Below, piece after piece: positions 19,439-31,078 of a stretch of 64,000 nucleotides of DNA. The stretch lies in contig CANSII010000006.1 of the NCBI GenBank assembly GCA_947646915.1, positions 37 through 64,036 of the forward strand. Direction: 5' to 3'. Position numbers and translations under genes: made by a program. Under the pieces are notes generated by a model that worked only from the letters and a program-made list of their open reading frames with translations, had not been told where the DNA came from and made no database searches. The DNA comes from an uncultured Clostridium sp. GTDB lineage: Bacteria; Bacillota; Clostridia; TANB77; CAG-508. Every line of letters begins with the position of its first letter. Positions within the stretch are counted from its first letter, which is position 1.

Positions 19439-20277
19439 ATGAAAAGCGATATAGAAGAAATAATTAATTTAGTACAAAACAAATACAATCAAAATCTTAT
19501 ACTTAATATTGATGAAGATAATACAGATTTATGTATGATAATTCAGAGTATAGAACCAGAATATAGAATGATGTTTTTTATGATATATATAAGTTTTTAG
19601 ATGAAAAAGATTATTGCATAGGACTAAAAGAATCTTATATAAGAACAGAAGGAATAAATACTAAAAATGCAAAATTATCTTTAAAAGAAACATTAAATTT
19701 ATTTAAAATGGCAGATGCTAAAACATTAATGAAAGAAGATTATAATAAATTTTTAGAATTACCAGAAGAAGTAGAAATCTACAGAGGAACTACAAATAGA
19801 GAATATATACCTGCAATATCATGGACAATTGATAAAAAAAGAGCTATTTGGTTTTATCAAAAGTACGAAAAGGTAGGTACAGTATTTAAAGCAAAAATAA
19901 AAAAAGAAGATATAATATGTTATTTAGATGAAACAGCATGTGGAGAAAAAGAAGTAATAGTAGACTATGAAAATATATATGATGTTGAAGAACTAAAAAA
20001 AGACGAGATTAATCAAAAAGTTACTATTAATAATGAAGAAAAATTTGTTGTTAATACAGATTATGTGGTAGTAGCTACACAATACTTATTAAATAGTCTT
20101 GCTCAATTTGGAATTTTACCAAAAAAAGAATTAGCTGAAGAAATATATAAAACTTATCAATATATGGGAAAATATAAATCAAAATACATTTTACAATTTC
20201 CATCAAATCAAAGTATTGAACTAGGAGATTTCATAAATCAACTTGAAAAAGATTTTAATAATCAAGAAATATTGTAA
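19439..20277 (+). CDS. Protein with a possible R-S-E ADP-ribosyltransferase-like core. The frame is broken at a T6 run (about 19578-19583).
   Basis: ATG at 19439 after AGGGAG. Frame 2 stops at 19601, while frame 1 is open from 19567 and continues into track ORF 19708-20277. Motifs: YRG, SWT and GEKEVIV (ExE). Confidence 0.4.
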
Positions 20278-20278
20278 A

Positions 20279-20367
20279 GGGAAAAATTTGGGAATTGAAA
20301 TATATATAATTAAATAATATGATGTTAATGCAAAGAAAGTGTCAAGAAATTGGCACTTTCTTTTTGC
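20279..20367 (+). promoter_or_regulatory. Promoter module copy 5
   Basis: GGGAA at 20279 and 20290, TTGAAA at 20295, N17, TATGAT at 20318. Hairpin GCAAAGAAAGTGTCAA/TTGGCACTTTCTTTTTGC. Confidence 0.75.
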
Positions 20368-20392
20368 AAATAAAAGAAAAGGAGGACTTTAT

Positions 20393-21457
20393 GTGAAAGT
20401 TAAAAAGTTATTAATAGTAGGAACATCTTTATTAATGTTACTAGCACAAACAAAAGTGAATGCTTACACAGAATATCCACTAAAAGAAGAGAATAACAGT
20501 TTTACAAAAAGTATAGAAGCAAATTTGTCAGAAGAAGATGAAGTTGTAGAATTATTGAATCATAATATCGTAATCAATTCTAATACTTATGCTATTGCAA
20601 CAATAGAAAAAACAAAAAATGAAGATGAAACAAAACAAGTATCTGAACAAAAGAAAGAAACTTTAAAGTCAAGAGACCAAAATTATATTAAGAAATATTT
20701 TGGAGAAAAGTATGACTATGAAGATGAAGAGGGATATAGAGGGAATATTCCAATATCACATATTAATATTAATACGATAAGTCATGGCAAATATCAAGAA
20801 CTTAGAGAAAAGAAAATAGAGTTTAATAAGTATTCTCAAAATGATTTAAATAATATTAAGAAAGAAATAACAGAGGAAAATGATACTTACTATTTAATTA
20901 ATGTGGATTGGCAAATTGAAGATACAGAAGTAATTGATAATCAAGAAGTTCCAAAAACTTATAAGGGAACAATGATATATCAAACAGTTGTAGAAATAAA
21001 TAATCCTAACGAATATGAAATTACAGTTACATATACAGGAGATGTTAGTAAAGAAAGCACAGAATATACTTATAAAGCTGTATATAACAAAGTAGTAAAT
21101 AAACCAATAGAAGAACCGCAAATTATAGAAGAAAACAACACAGTTCCAGTCATTGTAATAAGTGGTATGGGAATTGGACTAGCAGCATTAATCTTTTTAT
21201 TATTAAGTGGAAATGCAGTTATTTATAATAAGACAGATTCTGGATATAAAGTATTAAAAAGTTTTAGATTATCAAAAGAACAAAAAAATATTATAGATAT
21301 AAGTAAATATAACTATAAAATAAATAGCAATATATATAGTTTGAAATTAAAGAAATCTATATATGAAAAGTTAAAAGGAAAAATAGTTTATGTAAAAATA
21401 GAAAATATATCTAAACCAGTAACAATCAACAATAGATATATTGAATTTATAATTTGA
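20393..21457 (+). CDS. Secreted protein with a C-terminal membrane anchor
   Basis: GTG at 20393 after AAGGAGG. Signal peptide KKLLIVGTSLLMLLAQTKVNA. TM helix VPVIVISGMGIGLAALIFLLL. The ORF-track start at 20339 lies inside the leader hairpin. Confidence 0.6.
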   Translation: MKVKKLLIVGTSLLMLLAQTKVNAYTEYPLKEENNSFTKSIEANLSEEDEVVELLNHNIVINSNTYAIATIEKTKNEDETKQVSEQKKETLKSRDQNYIKKYFGEKYDYEDEEGYRGNIPISHININTISHGKYQELREKKIEFNKYSQNDLNNIKKEITEENDTYYLINVDWQIEDTEVIDNQEVPKTYKGTMIYQTVVEINNPNEYEITVTYTGDVSKESTEYTYKAVYNKVVNKPIEEPQIIEENNTVPVIVISGMGIGLAALIFLLLSGNAVIYNKTDSGYKVLKSFRLSKEQKNIIDISKYNYKINSNIYSLKLKKSIYEKLKGKIVYVKIENISKPVTINNRYIEFII

Positions 21458-21473
21458 AGAGGAGGAAAATAAA

Positions 21474-22238
21474 ATGGCCAAAAGTAAAAAAAATAAAGTA
21501 CAAGAAAACCACAAAGAAGAAACTAATGTACAAGGCGAAAAAATTGAGAATCAAGAAGTTGTAGAAGAGAAAACAGAAGAACAAAAAGAAAAGGAAAAAC
21601 TATCTAAAGACATAAAAAATTTCATTGCAGATATTAAGGACTTTGTTACAGGATATGAGAAATATCATAATATTATGAAAATTAATCCATTAAAGGAGAC
21701 ATTATCTCAATTACAAAAAAGAGAGAATTTAGAGGTAGATGACAAAAAATATTTAGCTCAAATAAATAGAACTATTTATGCCAAAACTTTAAGAAGTGGA
21801 GAAAGAATGCCTGAACATCCAGGTACATTAATGTTTAGATCTTTAGAAGAAAAAGTAAAAAGACTATCAGAAATAGCAGAATCATATGGAGAACTTAATT
21901 ATATTACAACCATTGATGATGTAACCAAAGAAGAATTTTACTGTATAAAAGAAAAAGTAGTAGACGATAAATTAGTTATTGAAGATGCTCTAAAAATAAC
22001 CAATGTTGGAGGAGCATATCTAGCTGAAGCTATGGAAGAACAAGAAATAAATGAAATTAAAGAAAAATATAAAGAAGAAATAAGTTGTGATGAATTAAAT
22101 GTATTTAAGAAAGAAATTAAAAATGATCCTAATTATGCTTTAAATTATTATTCAAAGATTTGTGAAAACAGAAAACTAGAAGCACAAGACAAAAATAAAG
22201 AGTTGGACCAAATTGAAGAAGAAGTTGCAGAAGCATAG
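21474..22238 (+). CDS. Hypothetical acidic protein
   Basis: ORF track, GAGGAGG upstream, tail EEEVAEA. Confidence 0.55.
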   Translation: MAKSKKNKVQENHKEETNVQGEKIENQEVVEEKTEEQKEKEKLSKDIKNFIADIKDFVTGYEKYHNIMKINPLKETLSQLQKRENLEVDDKKYLAQINRTIYAKTLRSGERMPEHPGTLMFRSLEEKVKRLSEIAESYGELNYITTIDDVTKEEFYCIKEKVVDDKLVIEDALKITNVGGAYLAEAMEEQEINEIKEKYKEEISCDELNVFKKEIKNDPNYALNYYSKICENRKLEAQDKNKELDQIEEEVAEA

Positions 22239-22247
22239 GAAAATTAA

Positions 22248-23348
22248 ATGGTTAATTATACAGAGTTTAAAAAGATAAAAGAAAAGTTAGGAGAAAAAGC
22301 GGATTATAAAGAATTTGTTAATGTACAAAAATATTTAGATGAAAATCCAAATTTGCTCCTAACTAATTTATATTATAACAAAGAAAATTGGGATCAGTTT
22401 GAAAAATGGAAATTTGATAATGAAATAAAAAACAAAAAAGTATTTGCAGTTGTATATAAAGATAATCAAATGCAAATAGATTATTTAAAGATTGAACCAT
22501 ATAAGTTTGAAAGATATACAGATGGTTTAAGTATCTATCATAAGGAGAATCAATTATTTCTAACATTAGAAGACGCTAAGAAATCACTATGGAATTATAG
22601 AAGCGGTTATATATATACTAAGGCAACACAAGAATATATGGATTCAATAGAAAAAGACAAAAAGGAACTTATAAAAGAGTATTATGGGAAAAGCGATTTA
22701 GAGTGTGTATGGTTCAATAAAGTAAAAGAATTAAATGAAAATAAAGCGATTGAAAAAATATATGAAGTTTATACAGAAGAATTTTTGGGTGCTTGGTATT
22801 TAATTAAAGACATTGAACAAAACAGATATATTGTTAAACATAAGACAAATGATGTAAATACAAAATTTGGAATGAATGATTATTTATTAGAAAATGATTA
22901 CGAAAGAATAGAAAGCAAAGAATTAGATATTACACAATATGACTTTAATACAAAACAAAAATATGGACAAATGATTTTTGATTATTTAATTGAATTTAAA
23001 AATAAAGTTGAAAAAGATTACTTTAAACTAGGTTTAAACACAATAGATATAATTGAAAAATTTTTGGAAGATTATAATACAACAATATATGAAAGAACAA
23101 AAGAATATATAAGTCCACTTAGTAAGTTAAAAGAAGATTTAGAACTACAAGAATGTTTTATTAGACATGTTAAATTTGATATTAAATGTAATATTAGAGA
23201 TGAATTAAATAGTTTAAATTTCACAAAAAATAATGCTTACATAAATGAAGAAAATATAGAAGAGTTTATATGTGAATTTACACAAAAAGCAATATATGGA
23301 GAAAATGATGAAATGCTTGAAAATGAGGAGGGAGAAAATGAACAATAA
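22248..23348 (+). CDS. Hypothetical acidic protein
   Basis: ORF track, tail ENEEGENEQ, 3' end contains the SD of the next gene. Confidence 0.55.
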   Translation: MVNYTEFKKIKEKLGEKADYKEFVNVQKYLDENPNLLLTNLYYNKENWDQFEKWKFDNEIKNKKVFAVVYKDNQMQIDYLKIEPYKFERYTDGLSIYHKENQLFLTLEDAKKSLWNYRSGYIYTKATQEYMDSIEKDKKELIKEYYGKSDLECVWFNKVKELNENKAIEKIYEVYTEEFLGAWYLIKDIEQNRYIVKHKTNDVNTKFGMNDYLLENDYERIESKELDITQYDFNTKQKYGQMIFDYLIEFKNKVEKDYFKLGLNTIDIIEKFLEDYNTTIYERTKEYISPLSKLKEDLELQECFIRHVKFDIKCNIRDELNSLNFTKNNAYINEENIEEFICEFTQKAIYGENDEMLENEEGENEQ

Positions 23349-23646
23349 TTTTGATTTTGATTTTTGGAAAAGAGAATTCAAAAGGAGATTTGAACTAAAT
23401 GAAATTACAGGTCAAATGTTAGATAATTTTATCTATTATAATCCTGAAATGGCAAAAAGATATATTATAGATGTATATCAACAAAAAGTATATAAATGTG
23501 ATATTTTGGACAAATATTGCGATAGATATGATTCGGAAAAAATAAATTCTATTTTAAAGCAAATTGAATTTGATGAACTAACAGAGGAAGAAATACAAGA
23601 ATATGAAATTAAAAAATCAGAAGAAGAGGAAAATCAGGAACTATGA
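23338..23646 (+). CDS. Hypothetical small acidic protein
   Basis: ATG at 23338 after GAGGAGGGAG (the track start 23272 lies inside the previous gene). Tail SEEEENQEL. Confidence 0.55.
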   Translation: MNNNFDFDFWKREFKRRFELNEITGQMLDNFIYYNPEMAKRYIIDVYQQKVYKCDILDKYCDRYDSEKINSILKQIEFDELTEEEIQEYEIKKSEEEENQEL

Positions 23647-24677
23647 GTTATAAAGAAAATTTTAAACAACAATTAAACAGTTTAAAAGAACAAATAAGAA
23701 ATTGCAAAGATGAAGAATTTAATAGTTTAGTATATCAATATAATTTTTATCAACTAGTAAGTAATACATTAGAAAATGAAATGATAGAAGTAGATAAATA
23801 TAAAAGTGTTTTAGAAAGCAAGAATCTTTTAATAAAATTATATAACAAATTTATGAATTGGATAGATGCTCCAAGTATGGTTGATGAAACAGTATTAGAA
23901 GACTTTTTAAAGGAAATTGAACTTGAAAACAGAGATATAGCAATCAATTTAAAATTGATTAATAAAATTGCTGATATTTTCTGTGGGTATTATACCGAAA
24001 ACTATTTAAAAAATACATTCAAAGAAGAAATTATAGAAGAAGCCAGTAAAAACAAGATTCCATATAAAGTGTTACAACATTTATATAATCTATATGAGGA
24101 CAGCCTACCTAGATGTGAAGAAGAATATATAGAAAAAATAAAAGACATTTTGTATGAAGCAGAAGACTACTATTTTGGAAATGAATATAGTAGAGAAACA
24201 ATAAAATATTTAATCTATCAAGATACATATTTAGAGGTTTATAAAGAATATAAAGAATTGAAAAAAGCAATAGAAAAATTTAATAATTCTAATGAAAAAG
24301 AGCAAGAAAGAATTGTAGAAAATACTCTTGAAATAAATTATTTAATGTTTAAAGAAGATTTAAAACAAGGATGTACTTTTATTCATAATGAAAGCAGCAC
24401 AATGTCTGTTGAAAAAACTAATAATGGAAATCTAGTTTTAGTTGACTTAATTGATATTTACAATGGAACACAATTAATAGAAAATGATATGAAGTTAAAC
24501 AACTTTTTAAATATAGTGGAAGATATTGCAATATTTAAAGAAATAGCAAGACTAACAGAAGAACTAAATAGTGAAAATAACACCGATATTTTTAATAAAA
24601 TTGAACATTTAAAAGCAGAATTTAAAGAATTCAAAACAGTTAATGGCTTAGAAGAAATGGAGGAAGAGAGTATATGA
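23643..24677 (+). CDS. Hypothetical acidic protein
   Basis: ATGA overlap with the previous gene, tail EEMEEESI. Confidence 0.55.
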   Translation: MSYKENFKQQLNSLKEQIRNCKDEEFNSLVYQYNFYQLVSNTLENEMIEVDKYKSVLESKNLLIKLYNKFMNWIDAPSMVDETVLEDFLKEIELENRDIAINLKLINKIADIFCGYYTENYLKNTFKEEIIEEASKNKIPYKVLQHLYNLYEDSLPRCEEEYIEKIKDILYEAEDYYFGNEYSRETIKYLIYQDTYLEVYKEYKELKKAIEKFNNSNEKEQERIVENTLEINYLMFKEDLKQGCTFIHNESSTMSVEKTNNGNLVLVDLIDIYNGTQLIENDMKLNNFLNIVEDIAIFKEIARLTEELNSENNTDIFNKIEHLKAEFKEFKTVNGLEEMEEESI

Positions 24678-25531
24678 CCAATGTGTATGAAATTGACTTG
24701 AATGAAGAAGAAACAATAAGGTATTATGCAAATAAATTTGTTGAAGATGCACTAGAAGATTGTAGCGAATTTAATTATTGTTTATCTATAGACCAAAACT
24801 ATGAGCATAGAGAATTTATCATAAATCATAAAGAACAAATACTAGATAGAATAAAAAAAGATGAAAGAGTTGCTGATGTATATATAGATGAAGAAGATGA
24901 GAAATTATCATTTGATATGGTCTTTTGGATTGATTATTGTCCATATTATTATGAAGAAAGTAACATTTGTATATCAGATGAAATAAATAATTTAAAGCTA
25001 TTTGAAAAAGAAATATTAAATGGTGTTTCAAACCATAAAGGAGTTACAACAACAAGAGAGGTTTTAAGACATTTTATTGATTCAATATTAGATAAATATC
25101 ACAGATTAAGTGATGAGTTTAAGGATAATGTTTATTATAACCTAAAAGAACATATATGCAATACAGGATTTAATGAAAAATATATAGAGAAGTATGAAGT
25201 ATATATTGATAGGAATAATGCAGAAGAATTAATTGAAGGATTAGAAAATGAAATTGATAAATTATATATCAAAAAAAATTCTAATATTAAACAAATTACA
25301 TATTACCAGTTTTTAGAGATATTAAACAAACATAATAAAGAAATTCAATTTAAACCTAATGAATTAGGAAAATTTATCACAAAAGAAAATGGCATTTATT
25401 TAGGAATAAATAATGTAAATGGTGAAATGAAAATGCAGGATTTTGATAATATTGAAAAATGTTTGAATTATCTAAATAAAGATTTAGAATATGCAGAAAA
25501 CATAGAAGATGAAGAAAGTGAGGAATTATAA
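24674..25531 (+). CDS. Hypothetical acidic protein
   Basis: ATGA overlap, tail EDEESEEL. Confidence 0.55.
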   Translation: MTNVYEIDLNEEETIRYYANKFVEDALEDCSEFNYCLSIDQNYEHREFIINHKEQILDRIKKDERVADVYIDEEDEKLSFDMVFWIDYCPYYYEESNICISDEINNLKLFEKEILNGVSNHKGVTTTREVLRHFIDSILDKYHRLSDEFKDNVYYNLKEHICNTGFNEKYIEKYEVYIDRNNAEELIEGLENEIDKLYIKKNSNIKQITYYQFLEILNKHNKEIQFKPNELGKFITKENGIYLGINNVNGEMKMQDFDNIEKCLNYLNKDLEYAENIEDEESEEL

Positions 25532-25532
25532 T

Positions 25533-25886
25533 ATGTCAAAAAGATTAGAATTTGAATTATATGACCAATTAACACCACAACAAAGAATTCATTTGCAGGA
25601 TTTTCAATATATTAATGCTATAAGAAGTGCAAGTGAAAAAAAATTTACAGAAGAAGAGCAAAATAGATTATTTGTAGTTATAGATTATGTATGTTCAGAA
25701 AATTCGACAGAAACAAGCAATATAACAGTAGCAGATGAAATTGTAAAAGCATATACAGATGGAGATGTCACATTAGATACATTAGAAAAAGCAAAAGTAA
25801 CAGAAATACTAGATGCTGCAATCGGAATAGGATCTTTTGAAAGTTTAGAAGAAGAGGTAGATGAGGAGGAAGAAGAAATTGAATAA
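25533..25886 (+). CDS. Hypothetical small acidic protein
   Basis: ATG at 25533 after GTGAGGA, tail EEEVDEEEEEIE. Confidence 0.55.
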   Translation: MSKRLEFELYDQLTPQQRIHLQDFQYINAIRSASEKKFTEEEQNRLFVVIDYVCSENSTETSNITVADEIVKAYTDGDVTLDTLEKAKVTEILDAAIGIGSFESLEEEVDEEEEEIE

Positions 25887-26397
25887 AAGATTCGATATTA
25901 ATTACGATTACAATATAAACAAATTTATAATTTTAAACCTTAAAGAATTGAAAATAATTGTTACTAATGAAAATATTGATTTTGACATAACAAATGAAAC
26001 AATTACATCTGGAGCATATGGTGATTTACAACAAGACTTAGAAAAATTATTAGATAATAGTAAATACTCAAATTTATTATTAAATATGGAAAACTTATAT
26101 ATAAATAAAAGCAATGAGAATATTAAATTGAATTTAAATATTTATAAAGAAATTAAATGCAAAAATCTTAAACAGTTTAAAGATAAAATTAAAGATATTA
26201 CAAATCAATACTACAGTAATGAAGAACTAATTAACAATTGTTTTAATTATGAAGAATTAAAGGACATGCTAACAAAAGAGATTTATACAAAAGATGATTA
26301 TAGAAAAATAGAAGAAAGATACAAAATTAAATTAGATACTGGAAGATATTTAGTAGTAGGTATAAAAGGAGAAAAAGAGGAGGATGAAGTTTTATGA
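25861..26397 (+). CDS. Hypothetical protein (start ATG 25861 or TTG 25879)
   Basis: ORF track. GAGGAGGAAGAAG precedes TTG 25879. Tail EKEEDEVL. Confidence 0.5.
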   Translation: MRRKKKLNKRFDINYDYNINKFIILNLKELKIIVTNENIDFDITNETITSGAYGDLQQDLEKLLDNSKYSNLLLNMENLYINKSNENIKLNLNIYKEIKCKNLKQFKDKIKDITNQYYSNEELINNCFNYEELKDMLTKEIYTKDDYRKIEERYKIKLDTGRYLVVGIKGEKEEDEVL

Positions 26398-26936
26398 AAA
26401 AGAAAATTATGATTTTTGCTATTATATTAATTGTTATACTTGGAGGAATAGGAACATATTTGCTAATTAATAGAAATAATAATAGCAAAACTGAAAATGA
26501 GATTATAGAAGAGGTAATAGACGAAAAAACTGAAACGATATTAGCAGAAGAAAATACAGATGTAATAGGACATTTAAAAATAGATAGTATTGGATTAAAT
26601 GGTCCTATAAAAGATGGAACAGAATTAAGTATTCTAAAAACAGGAATAGGGCATTTTAAAGATACACCATATTTCAGCGGTAACATATGCTTTGCAGCAC
26701 ATAACAGAGGATATAATCAAAACTTTTTTGAAAGATTAAATGAAGTAAAAAAAGGAGATAAAGTTGAATATATAACAAAATATGAAACACAAGAATATTA
26801 CATATCTGAAATAAAAGAAATAAGTGAAACAGATTTAACAGTATTAAATCCAACAGAAGAAGATCAAATAACAATGATAACTTGTATAAAAAATCAAAGA
26901 GAAAAAAGATTATGTGTAATAGCAAGTAAGCAATAA
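26394..26936 (+). CDS. Sortase (membrane-anchored cysteine transpeptidase)
   Basis: N-terminal TM helix, His in CFAAHN, catalytic TMITC (TLxTC-like), C-terminal conserved R in EKRLCV. Confidence 0.85.
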   Translation: MKKKIMIFAIILIVILGGIGTYLLINRNNNSKTENEIIEEVIDEKTETILAEENTDVIGHLKIDSIGLNGPIKDGTELSILKTGIGHFKDTPYFSGNICFAAHNRGYNQNFFERLNEVKKGDKVEYITKYETQEYYISEIKEISETDLTVLNPTEEDQITMITCIKNQREKRLCVIASKQ

Positions 26937-26991
26937 GCCTTGCTTTGACTAATTACGATTTTCCTCCCTTTGAAAGTATATTGTATAAACA

Positions 26992-27043
26992 AAAAACTGT
27001 AAAGGTTAAAATGAATAGGCTTTGCCTAACCTTTACAGTTTTT
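26992..27043 (+). terminator. Intrinsic terminator after the sortase operon
   Basis: 17-bp stem AAAAACTGTAAAGGTTA/TAACCTTTACAGTTTTT with A- and T-tracts, so it could act in both directions. Confidence 0.7.
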
Positions 27044-27106
27044 CATTTATACATTTTTGTCAATTAAGAGGAAACTCGAAATTAAATAGTCAAAGGAGTG
27101 ATTGCT

Positions 27107-27880
27107 ATGAAGAAGCAAGGCAAGAAAATTTTAAAAGGTAGTTTAATTATTACCATTATTGTAGGTGTTATTATTTTATTAACTGTAGGGGGAATGTATC
27201 TTATTTCAGAAAGTAAAGAAGCTCCAGGTGTAGCTACTGAAGTTTTTGAAGAAAGTCAAAATCCTAAAGAAGAAACACAAGATGAAGAAATTGTTGTAGA
27301 TATTTCAGAAAAAGAAATGGAAACAGAAGTTGAAAATACTCCAGAAGAAAATATATCTACTAACGAAGAAATTCCAGTTGTTCAAGAAAAAGCAAAAGAA
27401 GAAATAAAAGCGAATACAAAAAGTACATTAGTAGTAAATAATGATAAAAAAGATGTAACTGTTAATAAAAATAAACAAGAAACACCTAAACAGGAAAAAG
27501 TAGAAAATCCAACTGTCACAACAACTACTAGTACAGTACCAACGAATCCTGTAAAAAAAGAAGATACTAATAAAGCACCAGAGGTAGAACCACCAAAAGT
27601 AAAAGAAGAACCTAAGAAAGATGTTCACACATATAAATATAATGCAACTATAACAGAAAAAATTAAACAAGATATTAAAAATAATGAATCTACTTATATG
27701 AAACAATATGGCTATACTATCGTAATTGATGAGAGTATAGTAACTCAAACGAACCAATTTACTTATACAAACAATAGGGTAAAAAATATGATAATAAACA
27801 AATTTGGAACAATCAGGATTTATGCAAGGGATTATTATCTTAATGGAAATTACATGTACACAGAAGCATATATCATTTAA
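27107..27880 (+). CDS. Membrane-anchored protein with an E/K/P/T-rich linker and a globular C-terminal domain
   Basis: ATG at 27107 after AAAGGAG, one TM helix (LIITIIVGVIILLTVGGMYLI). Confidence 0.55.
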   Translation: MKKQGKKILKGSLIITIIVGVIILLTVGGMYLISESKEAPGVATEVFEESQNPKEETQDEEIVVDISEKEMETEVENTPEENISTNEEIPVVQEKAKEEIKANTKSTLVVNNDKKDVTVNKNKQETPKQEKVENPTVTTTTSTVPTNPVKKEDTNKAPEVEPPKVKEEPKKDVHTYKYNATITEKIKQDIKNNESTYMKQYGYTIVIDESIVTQTNQFTYTNNRVKNMIINKFGTIRIYARDYYLNGNYMYTEAYII

Positions 27881-27898
27881 GCCACATAATTTTGATGA

Positions 27899-28000
27899 GG
27901 GAAAAATTTGGGAATTGATTATATAAAATCTCCCCTATATAATGGTAACATCAAAAAAGTCAATAGACAAAGCAATGCTTTGAGCTGTTGGCTTTTTATT
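27899..28000 (+). promoter_or_regulatory. Promoter module copy 6
   Basis: GGGAA at 27899 and 27910, TTGATT at 27915, N17, TATAAT at 27938. Hairpin AAAAAGTCAATAGACAAAGC/GCTTTGAGCTGTTGGCTTTTT with several G-U pairs. Confidence 0.75.
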
Positions 28001-28049
28001 TAAGTAAGAAAATTACTTAAATATATGAGATGAGGGAGGTTTTATTAAA

Positions 28050-31000
28050 ATGAAAAAAACATTAAAAAAAGTAGTATGTGTACTTTTAATTATTATGTAT
28101 TTATTACCAGTTTTTCAAAATGTATCACTAGCAGCAACAGAAATTAAAGAAGCTAATATTATTTATGACCACGACTGTGGACATCACTTGCAATATTGGC
28201 ATAACAATATGTGGTACTATGTAACTGTTAGTTATGTACAATATCAAGCACCAAATGGACAATATTATCCAGCCTATTGTTTGAACCCTGAACGAGATGG
28301 AGTAGGACCAGATATACCAAACTATAGTGTTTCAATAGATAATATTATGAATGATGTTAGAGTGTGGAGAGTAGCAGTAAACGGTTATCCATATAAAACA
28401 GCAGCAGAAATTGGAGTAGACAATAACGATGATGCTTTTGTTGCGACAAAACATGCGATTTATAGCATAATAAGAGATACTGATGTAAGATCTTTTTATC
28501 ATGCAGGAGATGAAAGAGGAGAGAAAATACTTAATGCTATTGATAGATTGGTTAATATTGGTAGAAATGGAACAGAAACACCAGGAGATGCTAGAGTAAC
28601 AATAAGCAAACAAGGGGATTTTACACAAGATAGTAATTCTAATTATTATTCTCAAACTTATTCAGTATCAAGTAGTGTACAAATGGGAAATTATACAGTT
28701 ACTAATATAGCAGGATTTCCAGAAGGTACTGTTGTAACAGATATGAATAATAATCCAAGAACTACATTTAATGCTGGAGAAACATTTAAAATATTAGTGC
28801 AAAAAACAAATTTAAGAACAGATTTAAATGGTATTGTAAGTGTTCAAGCAAAATGTAAAACATATCCTGTATTTTTTGGAAAAAGTCCTAGTGATGAATG
28901 GCAAAATTACCTAGTTACTTTTGATCCATATGGAGATAGTTCAGGAGTAGCAACATTAGAAGTAAAAGCAGAAGGAAAATTCGATTTAGAAAAGGTTAGT
29001 GCAAAAAATAATATTTGGACTGGTAATGTTGTAGGAAGTGCTGTACCAGGTGCTGAATACACTATTAAGAATTTAGCTGGAGAAGTTGTAAAAACAGTTA
29101 TTACAAACCAAGAGGGAAAAGCACAACTATCATTACCTATTGGCCGATATACTATTCAAGAAACCAATAGCCCTAATTTTTTCAAAAAAGATTCTAAGGT
29201 ATATGAATTTGAAATTACATATCATGGAGAAGTGTCTAATTTTAAGGTAAAAGAAAGTGTTGTAGAAGGTGGATATTTTTCTGCTAAAAAAACAGCTAGT
29301 CTTAATAATGTTTGGACAGGTCATAAAGTAAATGATCCAGTTGCTGGTGCAACATATGGAATCTATAATTTAGATGGAACAATAGTAGACTTTAATGGAG
29401 AAAAAGCAATCAAAAAAAGTGGAGCAGACGGTATGATTTTCAATAGATATAAGCTAAAACTAGGCGATTATTATATGCAGGAAATAGAACCAGCACCATA
29501 TTTCCACAAAGATGAAACGAAACACTATTTTACTGTTGGAGAAAATGAAGCAGTAGTTAATTTAGATGTGCAAAATAGGTCTGAAGAAGGTGGATATGTT
29601 AATCTTAAAAAAGTAAGTGGAGGGAATAATTTATGGACAGGACATATTGAAGGACAACCAGTTGCTAATGCTACATATAGAATTGAATCCCTAGACAAAG
29701 ATTGGCATATTGATGTTACAACGAATGAAAAAGGCGAAATTAATGAACCAAACTTTACAAGTAATGATATAGAACTTGCTTTAGGAAATTACAAATGCTA
29801 TGAAATTTCAGCTCCAAATCGGATTTAAGGTAAATGATGAAGAAAAATATTTTTCATTAGATAAAAACGAAGAATCTATTAAAATTAGTTTAAAAGACAT
29901 TCCAGAAGAAGCTGGAGAAGTTCAAGTTACAAAAACAGCAGCAGATTACAACTATAAAAATGATGTAAAAAAAGGTGAGCCTGTTGTTGGTGCAATTTAT
30001 AAGATTTACAATGTTGAAGATAATAAAGAAGTTGCAACATTAACTACCACAAAGGATGGAACAACTAATAAAGTAGTTCTTGGAAAAGGAAGCTATTGTA
30101 TCAAAGAAACTTGGGTAAATGAGGACTGGATACTTAATGAAGAACCAGTATATTTTACAATAGACAAAAATGAAGATAATAAATACTTTAATTTTACTAA
30201 TGAACCAGTTCCAGTTGGATTTTTAAATATAAATAAAACGGTATTAGAAGACAATACATTGAATAGAGATCCAGCAGGTATGCCATTAGAGGGTGTTGAA
30301 TTTGAATTAAGAGATTCAGAAGATAATGTTTTATTAACCTTAGTAACCGATAAAAATGGAAAATTTAGTGAAGATATTATGCTTGATAAAGGCACTTATT
30401 ATTTGTGGGAAACAAAATGTCCAGATTTTTATGTAAAGAAAGAAGAACCTGATGTATTTGAAATAACAGAGAATGGACAAAAAGTTATTATAGATATAAA
30501 AAACAAACCAGCAGAAGCAAAAATTGAAGTAGAAAAAACAGGAATTATCCAGGCACAACCAAATGATGAAATTCGTTATGACTTCAATACAGTTGCTAAC
30601 AATTCTAATGTACCAGTAGACAATTTCACTATGACAGATAACTTACCTACAGATTATATTGAAATGAAAAAATTGTTCACAGGAATTTACTCACATGAAT
30701 TAAACTTTAATGTATTATATAAAACTAATTTAACAGATGATTATGTTTTATTTAAAGAAAACCTAAATTCAAAAGTAAATAACTATGTTGATTTTGAAGA
30801 AATTGAATTAAAAGAAGGAGAATATGTTACTGATTTTAGATTATCATTTGGTACAGTTCCAGTAGGATTTAAAGCAGAAATAACTCCATTCATGTTCGCA
30901 AAAGTAAAATCAACTGTTAAGCCTGATGATAAATGGACTAATGAAGTTTCATTAACAGCAACATATTTAGATGTTCCACTAGAAGATAGAGATGAATGGA

Positions 31001-31059
31001 CAACTATCAGTTATGGTAAAGAATTAGAAATTAAAAAACTACCTAGAACAGGTAGGTAA
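28050..31059 (+). CDS. LPXTG-type surface adhesin with multiple Cna-B/SpaA-like repeats; one CGG +1 site at 29820
   Basis: Signal peptide. Repeated motif W-TG------V-GA-Y-I-N--G (for example NIWTGNVVGSAVPGAEYTIKNLAGE). LPRTG lies near the end. Skipping C29820 joins ...YEISAPN to GFKVNDEEKYF... Confidence 0.8.
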
Positions 31060-31078
31060 AAAAGAGAGGAGTAACAAA

